From Nemertoderma westbladi (taxonomy: Eukaryota; Animalia; Xenacoelomorpha), in assembly GCA_032718475.1 (NCBI GenBank), contig JAUCBJ010006125.1:1-47854 (forward strand): a DNA stretch of 47,854 nucleotides. Direction: 5' to 3'. The notes beneath the pieces were generated by a model. That model was not told the DNA's origin, made no database searches, and worked only from the letters and a program-made list of their open reading frames with translations. Within the stretch, counting starts at the first letter, position 1. Every line of letters starts with the position of its first letter. Positions 44,634 through 47,854 of the stretch are shown here, piece after piece. A program made the translations under genes and the position numbers.

Positions 44634-45903
44634 GTTATCCTGTCAGCCTGTATCTATTTAACATGGATATTTTCCTGGCAGCCTATTGCTGTATTGCAGC
44701 TTCGGTTTACAGTCTGACAGTACAGCAGTAGGCCATAGGCCTAAAGACAGAGACAGACAAAGCTTTACAGTTTAGAAGTTTTAAAAGTTAACTTCGCTGC
44801 TTCCAGCAGTTCAGATTGCGAAAAACGAAACGGTAGGCCTATCACAGTAGGCCTACCGGTACCTAAACCTACTGGCCTAAGTAACCTAACCTATACAACA
44901 AGACTACAGGCGCTACCGGCATCACTTGCCTTGACTCTGACTGCTTGAATTGAATTGCACTTCCGGTACTGCTGCTGTGCTGTGGCCTGTGGGGCGAGCC
45001 ACGAGTGAGTGAGCCTTAGCGTAGGGGTACCATTAATCAACCTGTCGTTCTGTTGCGTTTTTTTCAGTATTTTATTTTAAACGTTAATAACTCGGCCAAT
45101 CCTTGATGAAATCTATCCAAACTTGGTACACATGTTGTTTGGCAAAAGTTTGAAAATTTTCCAAGTAGAATTTGCGTGGGGCCTTCGTGCAGCATCAGTG
45201 TAACTGTTATCGCAGTTATAATAAATTCATTTATCCAAATTTAAAATGCGTTAAATTATTATTACTGTAGGATAAATCAGCTGGGTTTCTGACAAATTTT
45301 GCAATACATACATTTCCAATCTGCATGTACCATGTGTACCGGTACTATCAGGCTGTACTCAATCCCTGAATCGAGAATCCTGCAATCAGTCAATACTGCA
45401 ATACTGGTCAGCCGGTACCATACACTGCAGACATGCCATATCATGTAATCTAATTAAACATGGCCCCCGGCAACCCTTGCGGTGATTATAGTTTAGGCCT
45501 AATTAGCCCAGTACCGGCACCGGTAATAATAATATAATAGTTTAGATAGTTACCGCTAATCATTCAGTCATTGCTGCATTGGCACGGTACACCGTATTGC
45601 TGTACTGCCTTGTAGTGCGCTGTGCGCACCGTAGGTACCACCCTACTACCGGTACCGGCTGACCGTTGGCAACTTGCACTTCAGCACTTTCACAGCAACA
45701 GCACTACCGGTGATATACAGGTTGGAATTTATGTAGAGTTTGCTCAACAGTACAGATATAAAATAGTTATCTAAATTATATATATACTATTGACAAGTAT
45801 TGAAATATATACCGTTATTCGTGTTATCAGTATTTGCAACATCTGACATTGAAGAGGTGAGAGAAGATGAATACCGGCACTCAACAAAACCAACGCTTAT
45901 CAC

Positions 45904-46203
45904 ATGGTTACCTCGAAACCGGCGCGACTGTCCACTCGAATACAACTTCAAAACACAAACGCCAACAATAAACTGAAAGCGAATCGAACGTCTTCAGAAG
46001 AATCTGTCATTGGGACGAAGAAAAGGAAGCCGAAACCACGGGAATGGACCACAGCTAAGATTGAATGCTCCCATTGTCAGAGTTCTTGGACCGAAATTGA
46101 AACACCAATTGCCGATGGGCTTGATCTCTCAAACCAAAACTTCCTCTGCGGGGTTTGCGCGGCAGTAAAGATTGAAAGTCTGGAAGCTGGCATCCCTAGG
46201 TAA
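45904..46203 (+). CDS. 99-aa ORF with basic patch and CxxC...CxxC; probably the N-terminus of a truncated LINE ORF1
   Basis: KKRKPKPR, then IECSHCQSSW...FLCGVC followed by KIESLE, the zinc-finger then coiled-coil layout known from CR1/L2-type ORF1 proteins. Confidence 0.45.
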   Translation: MVTSKPARLSTRIQLQNTNANNKLKANRTSSEESVIGTKKRKPKPREWTTAKIECSHCQSSWTEIETPIADGLDLSNQNFLCGVCAAVKIESLEAGIPR

Positions 46204-46396
46204 TATTATTTATTATAAAGAGCGTCAGCCTGCGTTTAATAAATATATTTTAATACAAAACAGGTCGAACGCAAAGAGGCTTATAATGAAGACGAGTACT
46301 GCATTGATTATATTCCTATAAACCACCTGGCTTTGCATATTGAACGTGGGTTTGCAAATAAGTTCGTGCTACAGTCCCGCTCTCAAAAAGCATTCC

Positions 46397-46439
46397 TTTG
46401 ATCAAACTTTGATCAAACATTGATCAAAGTTTGATCAAA
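46397..46439. repeat. Perfect 20-bp-arm palindrome made of TTTGATCAAA units
   Basis: TTTGATCAAACTTTGATCAA-ACA-TTGATCAAAGTTTGATCAAA. Confidence 0.9.
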
Positions 46440-47854
46440 TATTGAAATGAACCAGGCTTATAAATCCTGCCATTGAGTTCTACCAAAGGCGCTGCTCTTC
46501 AAAGTCTAGATTCCCACTGAGCCGTGTGTCAATCAAGCAGCCCTATCTCTCTCTCTCGCTCTCCCTGTGTGTGTAATGCTCCATGTGCTTTGTAGGATGT
46601 CTGCAGAGCACACAGGACACCACATCCATATCATACCATAGGTTTGTACGCTATAGCCGTTATTTAAACCGGACCGCCTAGGTTATAATAATTTACAGCG
46701 ATTATCAGAAAATAACAGCCGCAATTGAATCTCCACTTGGCGGTGTGGTGGTAATGAAAGCAAGGGCGGGTAGGGGCTGTGTGGAGTTTAATTCTGAGTT
46801 ACGCAATGTGTTGGGTGGATGGCTACAATACATTATAATGGGGGGGGGGGGGGGGGGGGCAACTAGCGTACCGAGCGAGGGGGAGGCCATGTGAAAGCAT
46901 ACTGAAAAACTCCTTTCCAGTTGAAATGAGAAAAAAAAATATATATATATTAAAGATCCACATTCCAAATTTTCTGAAACAAAAGCATTTTTCGAAACAG
47001 AAAGCTTCGCATTGTAACCTGGCTGGCCAAGGGCTAGATCCTTGGGGGGGGGGGGGGGGGGGGGGGGTAATATGAGAATATCCCTTGGTATTATTATATC
47101 AGTTGACATTGTGGCCTTCTGGCTGGCCACAAGTGGGAAATACGTTGCTTTCTTGTAAGGAGAAATAATTGATTCGAGTCACAACAAATTATGTCATAGG
47201 GAGTACAGGAGTCGGCGGTCTCAGTGCTATTTGCTGTATATTATTAGCTTGGGGTGCCGACAGCGACAGACCATTAACAAAGTAAAGGCATATCATGTGT
47301 AATGGCTCTTAGCTTATGCCGCCCCAACATGTAAAACCATTTATCTGTTGTGGAATGGAATTCCCCGAAATTTCGAAATTTACCAAGGCTTCCCAAGAAA
47401 TTAGACAGCCAACTAACCCATACACAGGAGGCCGCGAACCAAAGAGATTGGCCTCCTGGCACTGAGCTGGCCTGGTCGCAAAGGAACTATGCAGGTAGTA
47501 ATGTGTAGTAAACTAATTTATTACACTAAATTTTCTTACTAAAATTTCAACATGGAGGACTTTTCTGTTTGCCCAAAAACAATTAAACAGACGTTGTATT
47601 TGTCTCGATATTAATTAAAATTTCTACCTTATCTCGCAAATAGTGGCTCCAGTTGGTCGCAAATGAAAAAGTTCTCCAGCGCAAATCGATGAAATCTACT
47701 TTGGTTTATTGTTTTGGTTAGAAAACACAACCCCTTTAACCTGCTCCTTTCGATGTTTTACATTAATTTTTTGAAACTACTGTAATTGTAGCTGTACCAG
47801 TAATGGGCTTGTTCTCAGATACACTTGCGGTGACAGCACGGTGAAATCGCATAC

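Noticed and set aside
47190-47225. Walker A-like YVIGSTGVGG
   Set aside because: Lacks the GK[ST] residues and the frame closes soon after.

Overview
AT-rich, repeat-dense eukaryotic DNA, most likely from an invertebrate animal; the species cannot be determined from the sequence. Host genes: (i) an intronless mitochondrial D-2-hydroxyglutarate dehydrogenase (399-1913); (ii) a tandem array of three intronless NRF-6/O-acyltransferase-like genes, with two intact copies and a first copy broken by a stop codon, a 149-bp deletion and a 9.5-kb antisense BEL/Pao LTR retrotransposon (TSD CCACG); (iii) a divergent minus-strand protein kinase that the ORF track splits up but that can be rebuilt by in-frame GT-AG splicing (44633-44576, 40028-38495, 33527-32915; 734 aa) across a 5-kb intron filled with a 56-bp satellite and a 20-bp fold-back array. 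The remainder is nested mobile DNA: LINE remnants, a solo LTR, MITEs with 8- and 10-bp TSDs, a MULE fragment, a Helitron-like end, a tRNA-like SINE head and several minisatellites. I see no CRISPR array and no demonstrably new system. The best leads are the hidden CK1-like kinase with a GGNADGV repeat, the BEL/Pao derivative that lost RT/RNase H and integrase without breaking frame, the LTR-started chimeric acyltransferase ORF, and the mosaic, locally hypervariable acyltransferase paralogues. Family assignments come from recognised motifs, not database searches.
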